64,000 nucleotides of DNA, from IMG/VR virus record IMGVR_UViG_3300031650_000001. One strand, given 5' to 3'. Made by a program: the position numbers and the translations under genes. Below, one piece after another: positions 18,454-28,494 of this stretch. Position 1 is the first letter of the stretch; each line of letters begins with the position of its first letter. Origin of the DNA: an uncultured virus (IMG/VR IMGVR_UViG_3300031650_000001). Lineage: Duplodnaviria; Heunggongvirae; Uroviricota; Caudoviricetes. The notes under the pieces were generated by a model that was not told the DNA's origin, ran no database searches, and saw nothing but the letters and a program-made list of their open reading frames with translations.

Positions 18454-19344
18454 GATCTTCCCTTTCTTTTGGGCGGCGCCACCGGCGGGGGCCGCTTCTG
18501 GTTTCGTTGCCGCGGAGGATTCCGCGACTGTTTTGCCTGCAACGGTGTCCGCTGCGGTGGCGTCTTCTGTGGGCGTCGCGATCGTGACGGCCCTGAGTTG
18601 TGGCCCGGCAATCTTGTCAATCATGCCGCGGCGTTTCGCTTCCTTGGCGACGACGACAGCGCCGCGCCCAAAGTTGGTGTTGACATCTTCGGCCGTGGTC
18701 TTCCGTCCCGAGGCAATGCGATCGACCATGAGGTCGTGCAGTGCGTCGAGGTACTCACGGATCTTCGCCTGACCCTCTGGCGTGGTTGGGTCGGGCCGCT
18801 TGTCGGGCGCTTGGGTACTGGTGATCTCGACCTTGGTCTCGTCGGTGAAGTAGGTCACAACGACACCGATCGACCCGAACGTTGCCGCCTGGTTCGTGGC
18901 TTCGATCTTCCCGCCCAATGCGGCGATCACATAGGCAGCCGAAGCCGCGAGCCGGGCCCGCACACTCTTCGGCTTGCTGAATGCTTCGATGGCTCCGGCG
19001 CATTCGAAGAGCCCATCGACCTGACCGCCAGGGCTGTCGACGTTGAACACAACCCGCTTGATCTCGGGGTCGGCAGCTGCCATTGCGAGAGCCGCCTCGA
19101 TCTGCTCATAGGTCGTGTTGCCGTAGCCGAAGAGCCACGCCCAAAAGTCCGGTTTCGGAGTGAGCAACCCAACGACGTCGATCTCTGCAACGTCGCCAGC
19201 GACCCGCATGTTGCGCGGCTGCTCGTCACTGCGTGCCTCCGCGGCCTGCGCCGCAAACTCGGCTTGCAGCGCGTCAGTCACGGTCAGCCCCAGGTCAAGG
19301 CGCGCACGCATCTCCTGGTAGGTATCATCAGCGATCAACCACAT
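18070..19344 (-). CDS. Head maturation protease, S49 family (gpC-like), with C-terminal scaffold
   Basis: VDSPGGQVDG, AASAAYVIAA, GSIGVV motifs. Confidence 0.95.
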   Translation of the reverse strand: MWLIADDTYQEMRARLDLGLTVTDALQAEFAAQAAEARSDEQPRNMRVAGDVAEIDVVGLLTPKPDFWAWLFGYGNTTYEQIEAALAMAAADPEIKRVVFNVDSPGGQVDGLFECAGAIEAFSKPKSVRARLAASAAYVIAALGGKIEATNQAATFGSIGVVVTYFTDETKVEITSTQAPDKRPDPTTPEGQAKIREYLDALHDLMVDRIASGRKTTAEDVNTNFGRGAVVVAKEAKRRGMIDKIAGPQLRAVTIATPTEDATAADTVAGKTVAESSAATKPEAAPAGGAAQKKGKIMDLQTLKSEHPDTYAAAVKLGREEGHTAGLKEGADKERDRVTAHLIRGKASGAMDLAIESVEVGAEMTETLRAKYDTAKQNKDDQAARQRESDDAGAAVDGAATTPKAQDMADKVADLLYKDSGLAG

Positions 19345-21107
19345 CAGCCTGAGTTCCTTCCTTCCAAGAGCATCAACGCCGCCGCGCGAGCTCGGGGTCT
19401 GTGCTCACCGGGTAGCCGCGCACCGGCGGACTCCTCGTCGGGGTTGTCGCCTTCGTCCTGCGCGTCGCCCTCGTCCGGTTGCATCGGTTGAGTCTGAGCG
19501 GTTTCCATGCCAGCAAGCGGCTCCCGCGCCCATCTCACCAACTCCGCTTCCTTGCGGTAGACCTTCATCGACGTCGAGAACTTCATTCCAGTGAGTTCAC
19601 GCATGGCGCGCGACCACGTCATCACGCATGCGTCGATCATCTCGCGGTACGCCTTGACCACCTTGAGCGTGTCGGTGGACGGCTTGATCTGTCCCGCCCA
19701 GTCGGAGAAGGTCCACGCCGCGTAGACGTCATACTGCTCCACGCTCCAGTACGCTTTGAGCAGGCCCGGCGCGTCGATCTTTCCGTTCTGCACCTCGGAC
19801 AACTGCCACTCGCAGTAGCACGGCTGGCAGAACCGATTCGCGAACGTATCGCGCCCGCGCTTCAGGAACAGGGCCCACTCATTGTTTGCGGCCTGGGATG
19901 CACTGTAGTTGTGGGAGAAGGCCAATCTGTATATCTCCGGTGGCATCTCCAGGGCCGCGGCAATCGCTGCCGTCATGGCCTCTTCGAAGTCGCCGAACTT
20001 CTCGTCGGTGCCCTGCGCGCCAAACGCCTGCGGGGTCTCGCCGACTCCGAGGGTTTCGATCACCATGCCGGGATGATGTTCGGACACGTGCACGGATCGC
20101 TCAGTGCCCGTGGTGTCGATCGTGGTCTCGGCCTCGACCCTGACCGCGCCGCCGCCGCTGCCGGTGATCGGAGTCGTTGGGATCCCGGGCTGCTCGCGCT
20201 TGATGAACATCGCGAGCATCGAGTTGATCTCGGCCTTGCGAATCGTGGAGATCCGGTAGCGGTCGAGGTCTTTGAGCGACTGCATCACGATTGCGAGCAG
20301 CGGCTCACCACGGACGTCTCCGATCCGCTTGTCAGTGCCATAGAGCAGCCAAGCGAGCCGGCGCCCGGTCTTCGGTCCACGCGCGAGGATCCGCTTGTAG
20401 GTGCCGTCGTCTTGTTCGACGTGGTACGCAACGTGTCGGCCGTTGTCGTCGAGTTCGACCCCATGCGTGACGCGGTTCTGACCGGGACGATTGAACGCCC
20501 GATCGAGCGGCGTCTTGACCGATGCACCCGACACCAATTGGATCCGGGGTAGGCCCGTGCGAGGGTCCCGACGCAACACGACCAGCACGTCGCCAGAAAC
20601 CAACGCTTCGAGTTCCGCGTTGTACTGGAGCTCGCCGAAGGTCAGCGCTTCGCCGTAGTCGCAGAGCTTCGGGTTCGCGGCCCATAGCGCAAACCGCGAC
20701 TCGGCAAGCTCCGCCCATTCCGCGAGCCAATCCTCATCGAGCCCGAGCGTGACGGCCTGCGGCGTCGCCTCCAGGTGTAGCCCGGTGTTGATCAGGTTCG
20801 TCAGATAGCGCCGGGTGATGCCGCGGCCGTAGATGTTCTTGCGGAACAGCTCCGAGCTGCGCTTCCGTAGCGTCCAGTAGTCGACGGTCAGCAGTTCCGT
20901 TGCACCCCAGCCAGAGTGGAACTGCTCGCCGTCCCAGAAGCTGCTGCGGTAGTATGGGACGCTTGCGCTCACCGTGGTCGTGGTCGTCGTCGTCGGCGCC
21001 GTGATGGCTTGCACGCTCGTCTTGGGACGCACCGCTCGCCCTCGACCGCGCCCACGATAGAGCACGTCGAAGAGATCGGGCTTCCGCCTGAGTTCAAAAC
21101 CAAACAT
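19344..21107 (-). CDS. Portal protein, lambda gpB family
   Basis: LRKRSSELFRKN, HGVELDDNGRHVAYHV, VRGEPLLA, NYSASQAA. Confidence 0.95.
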   Translation of the reverse strand: MFGFELRRKPDLFDVLYRGRGRGRAVRPKTSVQAITAPTTTTTTTVSASVPYYRSSFWDGEQFHSGWGATELLTVDYWTLRKRSSELFRKNIYGRGITRRYLTNLINTGLHLEATPQAVTLGLDEDWLAEWAELAESRFALWAANPKLCDYGEALTFGELQYNAELEALVSGDVLVVLRRDPRTGLPRIQLVSGASVKTPLDRAFNRPGQNRVTHGVELDDNGRHVAYHVEQDDGTYKRILARGPKTGRRLAWLLYGTDKRIGDVRGEPLLAIVMQSLKDLDRYRISTIRKAEINSMLAMFIKREQPGIPTTPITGSGGGAVRVEAETTIDTTGTERSVHVSEHHPGMVIETLGVGETPQAFGAQGTDEKFGDFEEAMTAAIAAALEMPPEIYRLAFSHNYSASQAANNEWALFLKRGRDTFANRFCQPCYCEWQLSEVQNGKIDAPGLLKAYWSVEQYDVYAAWTFSDWAGQIKPSTDTLKVVKAYREMIDACVMTWSRAMRELTGMKFSTSMKVYRKEAELVRWAREPLAGMETAQTQPMQPDEGDAQDEGDNPDEESAGARLPGEHRPRARAAALMLLEGRNSG

Positions 21108-21367
21108 CAGAATCCGGGAACGATGTGCGTGACGCCACCGTATCGGCGCGTGTGGTACTGCGTAAGCCGCTCTTCGAGACCCGAGATCAGGTTGCGCAGA
21201 ACGGACAGATTCGACCGCGTCACAGTGATCCGCGTCTGGCCGGTGTCGAGCGTGTAGGACTCCTTGAGCCCGCTCGAAATCGCGAGCGCTTCGGTCTCAT
21301 ACGCCTCGATCAGAGCAGCGGTCGCAGCGATGCGCGCGTCGAGCCAGGTGTTGTCGAAAACGGCCAT
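21107..21367 (-). CDS. Head-tail adaptor (gpW-like)
   Basis: 86 aa between TerL and portal; ESYTLDTGQTRITVTRSNLSVL. Confidence 0.75.
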   Translation of the reverse strand: MAVFDNTWLDARIAATAALIEAYETEALAISSGLKESYTLDTGQTRITVTRSNLSVLRNLISGLEERLTQYHTRRYGGVTHIVPGF

Positions 21368-21376
21368 GAGGTGTGC

Positions 21377-23380
21377 TCAGCGAAAGAAGACTTTCCCGGC
21401 TTCGAGACGGTCCCAAAAAGCGGTCCAGTTGACCGCTTCGAGCCCGAGTTGATTGCGGCAGAGGTCCCAGGCGATGACGTCCACGGCGGCGGCGTTGTAG
21501 ACGAGGAGATCCCAGAGTTCGTTGCGCACGCCGGAGGTTCGATGCCACTCCCAACCGAGTCGGCGATTTGTGCGCTTGTCGATCCGTTCCTGCTTCCGCT
21601 CAACCGTGAGTTCCTTGAGTTGCGCGTCGGTGCAATCAACGGGGGCGTTGAATGAGTTCTGACGCTGTAGCCCGGAGCCGTCCCACTTCTGCCGCAGCGA
21701 TGCGATCCAGCGGTCCTTGTAGAGGTCAACCGAGATATTGAGAGCGCGTTGCCCGAGTGGCGTCGTGAAGTCGGAGAACTCCCGGATCGTCTGGTTCGCT
21801 GATGGCGTCGCCTGCCCCTTGATCGGGATCACACCCCGGCGGTATTCCGACGCGAACTGGTAGACGAGATCGGCGGAGTAACCGGAGTCAATGAAGGTGA
21901 GTTCGATCCGATACCGCTTGCCATCGTCGGCTTCGTACTCGCGGTTTTCGATGATCTTCCGGAGCGCTCCCCACGTCGGAGCATCGCTCAGCTGTTCCGC
22001 TTCACCGGTCAGCCGCCAGTAGTCGAGCAGGATGCCGCGACGCCCGCGGGTCCAACCAAACACGGCGACAGCGAGGTTATCCTTGTGGACGTCGACCGCG
22101 GCCGTGACGAGCAACACGGGCGAGCCGCAATGCTGCTCCGCCCAACGGTTGGGGATCTGCCCGTAGCGATACTCTGAGCGACGGTGAGCGCTGACCTCGA
22201 CGAAGCGCGCCCGGTCCCCGCGCAACTCGAAAGTCGAGCCGAGAACCTGGTTGTACCAGACCTGATATTTGCCGTTGTCGTGGGGTCGGTTGCGCTTGAC
22301 GTCGAAGACTTCGAGGTACTGCCCGACGAGCGCTTCCCACGTCTGCATGCCGGTCGGCGAGAGCAGCGCCGGGACATGGTAGCTCCGGAAGTGCGGGCGT
22401 CTCGGCTCTGCCGTCGGCCGCCACTCCGCGCCCTCGTTCGGAGAGAGTAGCCGCTCCTTGTCGTTGTTCGCGTGCGCGTGTCCGCACTCGCTGCAGAGGT
22501 ACCGCACGGATCCAGGGACGAGCAGGTCCTTCTCAGTGTCCCAGACGATCCCGGACTTGACCCCGTCGTCGCTGACCCGCGACCACTTCATGTGCTGCGG
22601 GGCGTTGCACTTGAGGCAGCGGACGAAGTACTTTCGCTGGTCCCCGAGCAAGTAAAGCGACTCGATCTGGCTCTGCCCGCGGATCGTCGGCGTCGACAGG
22701 TAGCCGACCTTCTTGACCGCTTCATATGCGGCCGCGCGCTTGCAAACCAACCCGACTGGATCGCCCTCGTTCTTGGCGTTGAGTGGCCAGGCGTCGATCT
22801 CGTCGAGGAGCAGAAGCAGCGCTGGCTGTTGACGAAACTTGTTCGGGTTCTGCGCGCCGAGTGGCAACAGGTACCCGCCGCCGAACCATTCCACTTTCTT
22901 CGTCGTGCGCCCGGTCTTGCGTCGGTTCTGTGCATCGCTCGAGCGGATGAGGTCGTCGAGGCCCGAGTGCTGGAACATCGGCAGGATGTTCACCTCGAGC
23001 CGGGTCTGCATCATGTCCGCGTCGCCCGTGACCCACATGGTCGGCGCGGTCTTCACATCCTCGATGAAGTAGCCCAGGACGTTCTCCAGAATCGCCGTCG
23101 TCGCGCAGATCTGGACGCCTTTCATCACGGCGACTTCGCGCACTGGCGAGTCGGGGTCGAAGCAGTCCAGGATCTCCCGCAGGTAGGGGCAGACGTCCCA
23201 GCGAAAGAACCCGGCGCGCGGCGTCACGGATTGCGGTAGGTACCGGCGTTGCTCCGCCCATTCGCTCGGAGTCCGTACCGTGGCCTCGGTCGGCAGCGCG
23301 TCGCACATGGTGGCGAGCCATTCGCGCTCCCCAGCCGTCGCACCCTCGATGCGCGTTCCGAATGCTTCGAGTTGCTGCAT
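21377..23380 (-). CDS. Terminase large subunit, lambda gpA family
   Basis: PYLREILD, MKGVQICATT (Walker A variant), LLLDEIDAWP (Walker B), STPT, Zn-binding C-x2-C pairs, RNELWDLLVYNAAA. Confidence 0.95.
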   Translation of the reverse strand: MQQLEAFGTRIEGATAGEREWLATMCDALPTEATVRTPSEWAEQRRYLPQSVTPRAGFFRWDVCPYLREILDCFDPDSPVREVAVMKGVQICATTAILENVLGYFIEDVKTAPTMWVTGDADMMQTRLEVNILPMFQHSGLDDLIRSSDAQNRRKTGRTTKKVEWFGGGYLLPLGAQNPNKFRQQPALLLLLDEIDAWPLNAKNEGDPVGLVCKRAAAYEAVKKVGYLSTPTIRGQSQIESLYLLGDQRKYFVRCLKCNAPQHMKWSRVSDDGVKSGIVWDTEKDLLVPGSVRYLCSECGHAHANNDKERLLSPNEGAEWRPTAEPRRPHFRSYHVPALLSPTGMQTWEALVGQYLEVFDVKRNRPHDNGKYQVWYNQVLGSTFELRGDRARFVEVSAHRRSEYRYGQIPNRWAEQHCGSPVLLVTAAVDVHKDNLAVAVFGWTRGRRGILLDYWRLTGEAEQLSDAPTWGALRKIIENREYEADDGKRYRIELTFIDSGYSADLVYQFASEYRRGVIPIKGQATPSANQTIREFSDFTTPLGQRALNISVDLYKDRWIASLRQKWDGSGLQRQNSFNAPVDCTDAQLKELTVERKQERIDKRTNRRLGWEWHRTSGVRNELWDLLVYNAAAVDVIAWDLCRNQLGLEAVNWTAFWDRLEAGKVFFR

Positions 23381-23383
23381 CCG

Positions 23384-24097
23384 CTACGCCTTCCGAAGCA
23401 GCGCCGAAACCGCGGACCAAGTAGCTTTGAGTTCGGAACTCACGATCTCGCGTGCCACCTTCCGGATCTCTTCCAGGGTCTTCCCGCCGGTATGCATATC
23501 GACGGTCCGCGCGACGATGGTATCGGGGACAGTCTTCAGCAGATGCTGGCTCAGCCGGTTGAGTAGACCGAAGGCGTGCGTCACGAGCTCGCGGGTCACG
23601 ACCTCGCCCTCCTCGCGCCGGTGCTTGTCGTCGAGATCGCGAATTCGAGCGATCGACGCGGCCGCTTTGAGGACACTGTCGAACACGGCCATCGACCCGT
23701 ACTCGCGGGCGACGCGCTCCAGCGTCATGCCGGCGAAGAACTCGGCATCGGTCCGGGTCAGCCCGAGCCCGAGCGAAAGGATCGCGTCGGTGGGGTCGCT
23801 CAGATCCGGGCCGACCTCGGGCGCCGAATCGGCCGCTGCCCCGCTCGGGTCCACGGGTTTGGGCTGAGCAGGGGCAGGACTGCGAGCCGGTTTCGGTGGG
23901 GTAGGCGCTGGCATGGGCGGGGGTCGGGCATCGTGCGACGCGAGCCACGACACAACGGACGGGTGGTCGAGCCAGATCTTCCCGTGCGCCTTGGCGTCCG
24001 CCGGCAGCCGCCGCCAGAGTTTCGAGACCGCTGCCGGACTGACACCGGCCAGCCGTGCGGCTTCGGTCTTCGTGATCAGCCGACGGCGTGGAGACAT
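23384..24097 (-). CDS. Terminase small subunit
   Basis: N-terminal HTH (ITKTEAARLAGVSPAAVSK); REEGEVVTRELV; directly upstream of TerL. Confidence 0.8.
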   Translation of the reverse strand: MSPRRRLITKTEAARLAGVSPAAVSKLWRRLPADAKAHGKIWLDHPSVVSWLASHDARPPPMPAPTPPKPARSPAPAQPKPVDPSGAAADSAPEVGPDLSDPTDAILSLGLGLTRTDAEFFAGMTLERVAREYGSMAVFDSVLKAAASIARIRDLDDKHRREEGEVVTRELVTHAFGLLNRLSQHLLKTVPDTIVARTVDMHTGGKTLEEIRKVAREIVSSELKATWSAVSALLRKA

Positions 24098-24174
24098 AAA
24101 CCAGCCAAAAACAGGGCAACGCGCGCGCGTCTCGGGTCCGATGCGGGTTCAAAGCAGGGCCGCCAGCCGGTTAA

Positions 24175-24260
24175 GTGTGAACCAAAAGTCACACGTTGCC
24201 CCCGGACCGCGGCGAGAGTCAACCGCAGGCAGACGGGCCGGTCTGGCCACAGGACCCGTT
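24175..24260 (-). other. Candidate cos packaging site
   Basis: Minus strand TTTAAC-GGGTCCT (same heptamer as lambda cosQ) at 24251-24257; ~24 nt later GCG-GTTGACTCT-CGC; then palindrome GTGTGA-N8-TCACAC (24175-24194), just upstream of terS. Confidence 0.6.
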
Positions 24261-24345
24261 AAACGCGAGGTTTCTGCATGCCAAAAACACCGTTAAAACA
24301 GGGGTTAGGCCCATGGTTCAACTGCGAACGAGTAGCCGGGTTGGC

Positions 24346-24531
24346 TCAGAACGTACGTGAGACCGGCTTTCCGTCGCTGCCTGGGCACGTGATGGTGAGC
24401 ATGGGGACTCGGATGGTGATCACCCCACGTGAGTCGATGGTCAGCCTTTGGAGTTCATCAGCCTCGACGCGCTCGACCTCGATGGTGCCGTCCCTGTAGA
24501 GGTGTAGGGTGCTGCGTTCTGTGCCTGCCAT
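24346..24531 (-). CDS. Small hypothetical protein
   Basis: MAGTERSTLHLY..., with an AAGGG RBS, just after the upstream gene's stop. Confidence 0.5.
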   Translation of the reverse strand: MAGTERSTLHLYRDGTIEVERVEADELQRLTIDSRGVITIRVPMLTITCPGSDGKPVSRTF

Positions 24532-24542
24532 GGTGTACCCCT

Positions 24543-25190
24543 TCACATCCACCCAACCCGCCTCAGCTCCTGCATCAGATTGCGCAGGTAGTACCGCCGC
24601 CCTCGCTTGGCCACTAACTCGACGGTGGGCTCCAGCGTCGGGATAGCCCGGTTGTGAACCGCGCCATGGGACATGTCCCAGACGATGCGGCGGCCGCCCT
24701 TCTTGCCGTGTCCCCACACTTCGTAGAGTCCGGCCTTGGGGCTGTCCAGGTAGACGAGCCGCTTCTTGCCGAGCTTCGGCCGCCGTCCCTTGCCGATCTT
24801 GCCGGAGAGTCTGTAGCGCGCCCTGACTGTCCGCGTGTGGGTGGGCATCGACGCCGGCTGCCCTGCGGCCCGGGGCCTCGGGATTGCGTCCTCTCGGCTG
24901 GTCCCGCCGAACTCCTGCTTGCCGAGGTAGCTGGATACCGATCCGACCACCGAGTGCATGGTGCCGACGTCGGTGCCGCTCGCCTTCTCGACCCGGATGC
25001 TGCCCACCGTCCAGCGGTTGCGCAGGATGAAGGATCGCTCCATCTCGGTGCGCCATTGCTTCCGGGCCGCGAACGCCATGTCGTTGAGGGCGTTGCGGGT
25101 CGCGTAGGGGATCGCCCTGCTGCGGGTGTTCACCAGGATCCGTTCGAGCCGGTCAAAGCCTCTGGTATCGACGGTGACGAACTTGGACAC
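24543..25190 (-). CDS. Tail completion/neck-type (gpZ-like) basic protein
   Basis: AIPYATRNALNDMAFAARK...YLGKQEFGG; first late gene before cos; GTG start assumed. Confidence 0.55.
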   Translation of the reverse strand: MSKFVTVDTRGFDRLERILVNTRSRAIPYATRNALNDMAFAARKQWRTEMERSFILRNRWTVGSIRVEKASGTDVGTMHSVVGSVSSYLGKQEFGGTSREDAIPRPRAAGQPASMPTHTRTVRARYRLSGKIGKGRRPKLGKKRLVYLDSPKAGLYEVWGHGKKGGRRIVWDMSHGAVHNRAIPTLEPTVELVAKRGRRYYLRNLMQELRRVGWM

Positions 25191-25348
25191 GTTGGGGCAC
25201 CGGATAGGCGACGGCCCCGGCAATCTGGGCTCGGGGGAGGAGCTGGACTGCCGGGGCGCGTCGGGGAGGTGAGGATCGCTGACCTGACGGACCACTTCGG
25301 AACCGTCTGAAAGATCCCGCGCGCGAGGGCGCATGCACTCATGTGCAC

Positions 25349-25726
25349 TCACGTGCACTGCTCGGCTCTGTCGACGCGCCGTTCTACCTTGAGAATCCGC
25401 ACACCTAGGGCCCTTCGTTCTTTTCTCGCGATCTGTAACTCGGATTTGACCTCATCCAGACCACGCCTCACCATGCCTTCGATCCGTGAACGCTTTGAGA
25501 AGAGCTCCGGCAGGTAGTCCCGAATCATGGGCTTCGTCACCCACAGGCGCGCGCCGTTGCCTGTACCCTCCCGGATGATGATCTCACGCTTCCGGCGCCG
25601 CTCGACCCGCTCCAGTTTGCGCCGCAGCCGAAGCCCGGCATTGCGGTCGTTTCCGAGCCCGGCGTAGTCCGCTCCATCGCGCAGCGTCATGTATCCGGTC
25701 CGGTCGATGCCGTCCTGGGCGCTCAT
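25349..25726 (-). CDS. Putative DNA-binding protein
   Basis: YMTLRDGADYAGL HTH-like start; basic; C-terminal coiled coil; ATGA overlap with the upstream gene. Confidence 0.5.
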   Translation of the reverse strand: MSAQDGIDRTGYMTLRDGADYAGLGNDRNAGLRLRRKLERVERRRKREIIIREGTGNGARLWVTKPMIRDYLPELFSKRSRIEGMVRRGLDEVKSELQIARKERRALGVRILKVERRVDRAEQCT

Positions 25727-26580
25727 GACCTCACCCCGCAAATCGCCTCACAGTGGCGCCAGAGCGTCGCCTCGGCCTCACTGTCCTCGTCGGGGACCAC
25801 GTCATTCCAGGTCTCGCAGGCGCATTCCAGCAGGTTCTCCGCTGCCTTGTCGGCCGCCAGCATGAGACGGTCCCGATTGAAGTCCTTGAACGATGACTGC
25901 TGCTGCTGCCAAAGCCGATCGAAGCACTGAAGCGGGGCCTCGTCCGGTTTGCGCTGGCGCAGCATCGTCAACCCGGGCGGCGTGAGGTGCCAACAGGCCC
26001 GTAGCGTACCGCCATTGGGGCCGAAGTAGACTTCGAGGCATTGCCCATGCTGAGCGTTCTGAGCCGTCACCGTGGCGAGCCAGCGGCCTACCCTGCCCAG
26101 AATCTGGACCCTGTTGTCATCCAGCATGTGGCCGCTCGGAGCCCGCATCCCTGGGGTCGTCGGCTGGGCATTGACTGCGCCTCGTGCTCGCCTAGTCACC
26201 CAGCCGCGCCCGTCACATCGAGGGCAGCGTTCAAGCTCCAGATGGCTCAGAATCGCCACCGGAGACAGGAAGGCGTTGTTGACCTTGATCCCACGCTTCC
26301 GCCAGTAGCTCCTATGCCGTTTCTTCGCGGCACGGTACTTGGCTGGGTTCCGGGGGACGTATCCGCTGCCCCCGGTATCGTCAGTCGGATCTCCACCACA
26401 TCTGCGGCAGGGAGAGAACCCTGCACCGGCAGCCGCGAGCCGGTCGAGTTGAGCCCCAAACCCGGCGCCATACGCCGCCATGAGGCCGCCACCGGCCAGG
26501 TATTGGCTCAACTTCTTGGCTTGGTGGATATGGTAACGATGTTGGTGGTTTGTCCGAAATGTTGGCGGATTCGATCCCAT
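25723..26580 (-). CDS. Zn-finger protein, candidate late-gene regulator (Q-like position)
   Basis: CRRCGG and CPRCDGRG motifs; located at the end of the early arm, before the late genes. Confidence 0.5.
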   Translation of the reverse strand: MGSNPPTFRTNHQHRYHIHQAKKLSQYLAGGGLMAAYGAGFGAQLDRLAAAGAGFSPCRRCGGDPTDDTGGSGYVPRNPAKYRAAKKRHRSYWRKRGIKVNNAFLSPVAILSHLELERCPRCDGRGWVTRRARGAVNAQPTTPGMRAPSGHMLDDNRVQILGRVGRWLATVTAQNAQHGQCLEVYFGPNGGTLRACWHLTPPGLTMLRQRKPDEAPLQCFDRLWQQQQSSFKDFNRDRLMLAADKAAENLLECACETWNDVVPDEDSEAEATLWRHCEAICGVRS

Positions 26581-26662
26581 GCGCTACCTCTTGGTGCGAC
26601 GGGTCCACCATCCCGATCCTCCTCAGCCCCGGGCGTCGCCAGCGTTCCGGGGCTTCCTCTTT

Positions 26663-26938
26663 TCAGGTTGCCTCATGGGGTTCGTGACCCATCTCCTCGG
26701 CTTCCTCCGGTGTTGCTTCGACGAGTTCAATGTGTCCGTTCAATGCGTAGATGCGACCGCACTCTGGACAGCGTACGGAGTAGACGAAGTCCCCATCGAC
26801 GTGCCCGTGGTGTCCACATACGCAGTAGATGTCGGCGCAGACATCAGTGCCCTTCCACTGCACCCATCCGTGCGGTTTGCCTTCGTAGGGGTTGCGCAGG
26901 GCGCGATCCCAGACCGCTGATTGCTTCGGGCGTGGCAT
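26663..26938 (-). CDS. Small Zn-ribbon protein
   Basis: WVQWKGTDVCADIYCVCG...CPECG. Confidence 0.6.
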   Translation of the reverse strand: MPRPKQSAVWDRALRNPYEGKPHGWVQWKGTDVCADIYCVCGHHGHVDGDFVYSVRCPECGRIYALNGHIELVEATPEEAEEMGHEPHEAT

Positions 26939-27228
26939 CACTTCCCTCGCTTCCCTTCCACCGCTCGCAGCTTCTCTTCGAGCCCGCTCCGAAACTTCTC
27001 CCCTTGCTCCTGAGCCCATCGCCGCACTACCGACTGCGCTACCTCAGCCGCCGTGTGATGGATCGCCAGGTACGCGCCGGCCACCAACAGCGCTGACACC
27101 CATGGGCTCCACCAGGCATCGAGTTCGATGCCGGCAACCCTCATCATCTCCTGAGCGCCCGGCGCCAACACGATCGCCAAGATCGAGATCGTGACCCAGT
27201 TGTAGAGCATCCGCACGAGTCTAACCAT
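26938..27228 (-). CDS. Small membrane protein
   Basis: Two hydrophobic segments; translationally coupled to its neighbours. Confidence 0.5.
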   Translation of the reverse strand: MVRLVRMLYNWVTISILAIVLAPGAQEMMRVAGIELDAWWSPWVSALLVAGAYLAIHHTAAEVAQSVVRRWAQEQGEKFRSGLEEKLRAVEGKRGK

Positions 27229-27436
27229 CGTCCTCACCGCCTTCCTTGTCCACGAACTTCTCGCACTTGCACCCCTCGACTTGGCATTCCGCGCCGTCCC
27301 AATGCTCGCAGCACTTGTGGCCGCACTTGCAGAGTTCGCCGCAGTCGTACGGGCTTCCGTAGTGCTCACAGAATGGACCCGTCTCGTAGTCGTCCCAGGA
27401 ATCGTCGTCGTCATCAGCAACGTCGAAGTCAGCCAC
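27221..27436 (-). CDS. Small acidic Cys-rich protein
   Basis: D-rich N-terminus; CKCGHKCCEH...CQVEGCKCEKF. Confidence 0.6.
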   Translation of the reverse strand: MADFDVADDDDDSWDDYETGPFCEHYGSPYDCGELCKCGHKCCEHWDGAECQVEGCKCEKFVDKEGGEDDG

Positions 27437-27920
27437 AGCCGCACACTTTCACAATGAGCACCAGTGTGGACATCAGAAATACCCACGCCAAGATCATCGT
27501 CACCACGAACCAAAACAGCGGCTCCATGAGCAGTCCCCAGAGCCACCGGTTGCAGCGGTCAAGTGCGTTTCCAAATCGGTCAAGCATCACTCTCACCATC
27601 CCTCAATCTTGAACGGCAACGGATATGGTCCCAGCGCCATGAGCATCCAACGCCCATGGTAGTCGCGCACCCGCCGCTTCGTTTTGCGTAGCCGTCGCGC
27701 CCATGCCTTGACGCTGTACTGCTTCTTCCGCTGGCGCTTGTTCATACCCGCCTTCCCTTCTCAACCAACCCCTGCATGATTGCCCGGTGCACGGCATCGA
27801 TCGCCACGGCCTCCGCTTGCAGTTCTCTCGCGATCCGGATCTGCTCGTGCACCGGTCTAGTCTGGACCTCCAACAGGAACCGCGCACGCTTCTGGCCGAG
27901 GGGGTCGTGGGTGAGGGGGG

Positions 27921-28478
27921 TCATGGTTCCGCCTTGTCCCCAATCGCCTCGCACAACTGGTCGCGGTAGGCACGGGTCGCATCTTCGGCGTAGCGGCAGA
28001 TGCGGATCAGTGCGTCGTTCAGGGCCTCTTCGTTTCGGAGCATGGTGTGGCCGTCCAATATCTCGCGGCAAAACCCCTGGTGGCCACCATCGAACACCGA
28101 TACCGTCCACGCCAGCAAACGCGGATTGACTCCCGGCGAGTGTTCTAGACGCCAGGCCCAACCGATTCGCAACTTGATGGACTCTGACATACCTCGCTTG
28201 GTCTCCCACGTATCATCCTCCCACTCGAGAATCTCTTCCCCGAAGAACGTCGGCGCCTCGGGCTCTGGCTTCACTCCAATTCCGTGAGCCGCATCTGAGA
28301 TCGCATCGTCGGGGTACTTCTCTGTCATGGTCTCATCCTCCACTGCTTTCGCGTTAGGGTCTGCCATCGCCTCTCTGTACATCTTCGCCACGTTCACCCG
28401 CACCCACTCGCCCAGCGCGTCGAGGAATTCAGGCGTTACGAAGTCATCCGTCTGGTCTGGTTTTTGGTTCGGGGTCAT
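27921..28478 (-). CDS. Hypothetical protein immediately downstream of the pentamer array
   Basis: CAGGAG RBS; 185-aa ORF. Confidence 0.6.
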   Translation of the reverse strand: MTPNQKPDQTDDFVTPEFLDALGEWVRVNVAKMYREAMADPNAKAVEDETMTEKYPDDAISDAAHGIGVKPEPEAPTFFGEEILEWEDDTWETKRGMSESIKLRIGWAWRLEHSPGVNPRLLAWTVSVFDGGHQGFCREILDGHTMLRNEEALNDALIRICRYAEDATRAYRDQLCEAIGDKAEP

Positions 28479-28494
28479 GGGGTCTCCTGGGGGT

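Noticed and set aside
8214..24262. Long alternative-frame/antisense ORFs (e.g. 8572-9504, 18031-19491, 19479-20552, 22722-24152)
   Set aside because: Shadow ORFs of well-supported structural genes in high-GC DNA; Arg/Pro-rich with no motifs
24267..24289. Possible self-target of the array unit at 28995 near cos, under a 'two bases read, one skipped' code (12 of 16 positions match)
   Set aside because: A rough binomial estimate gives several such matches by chance over both strands of 64 kb, and the code itself is unproven
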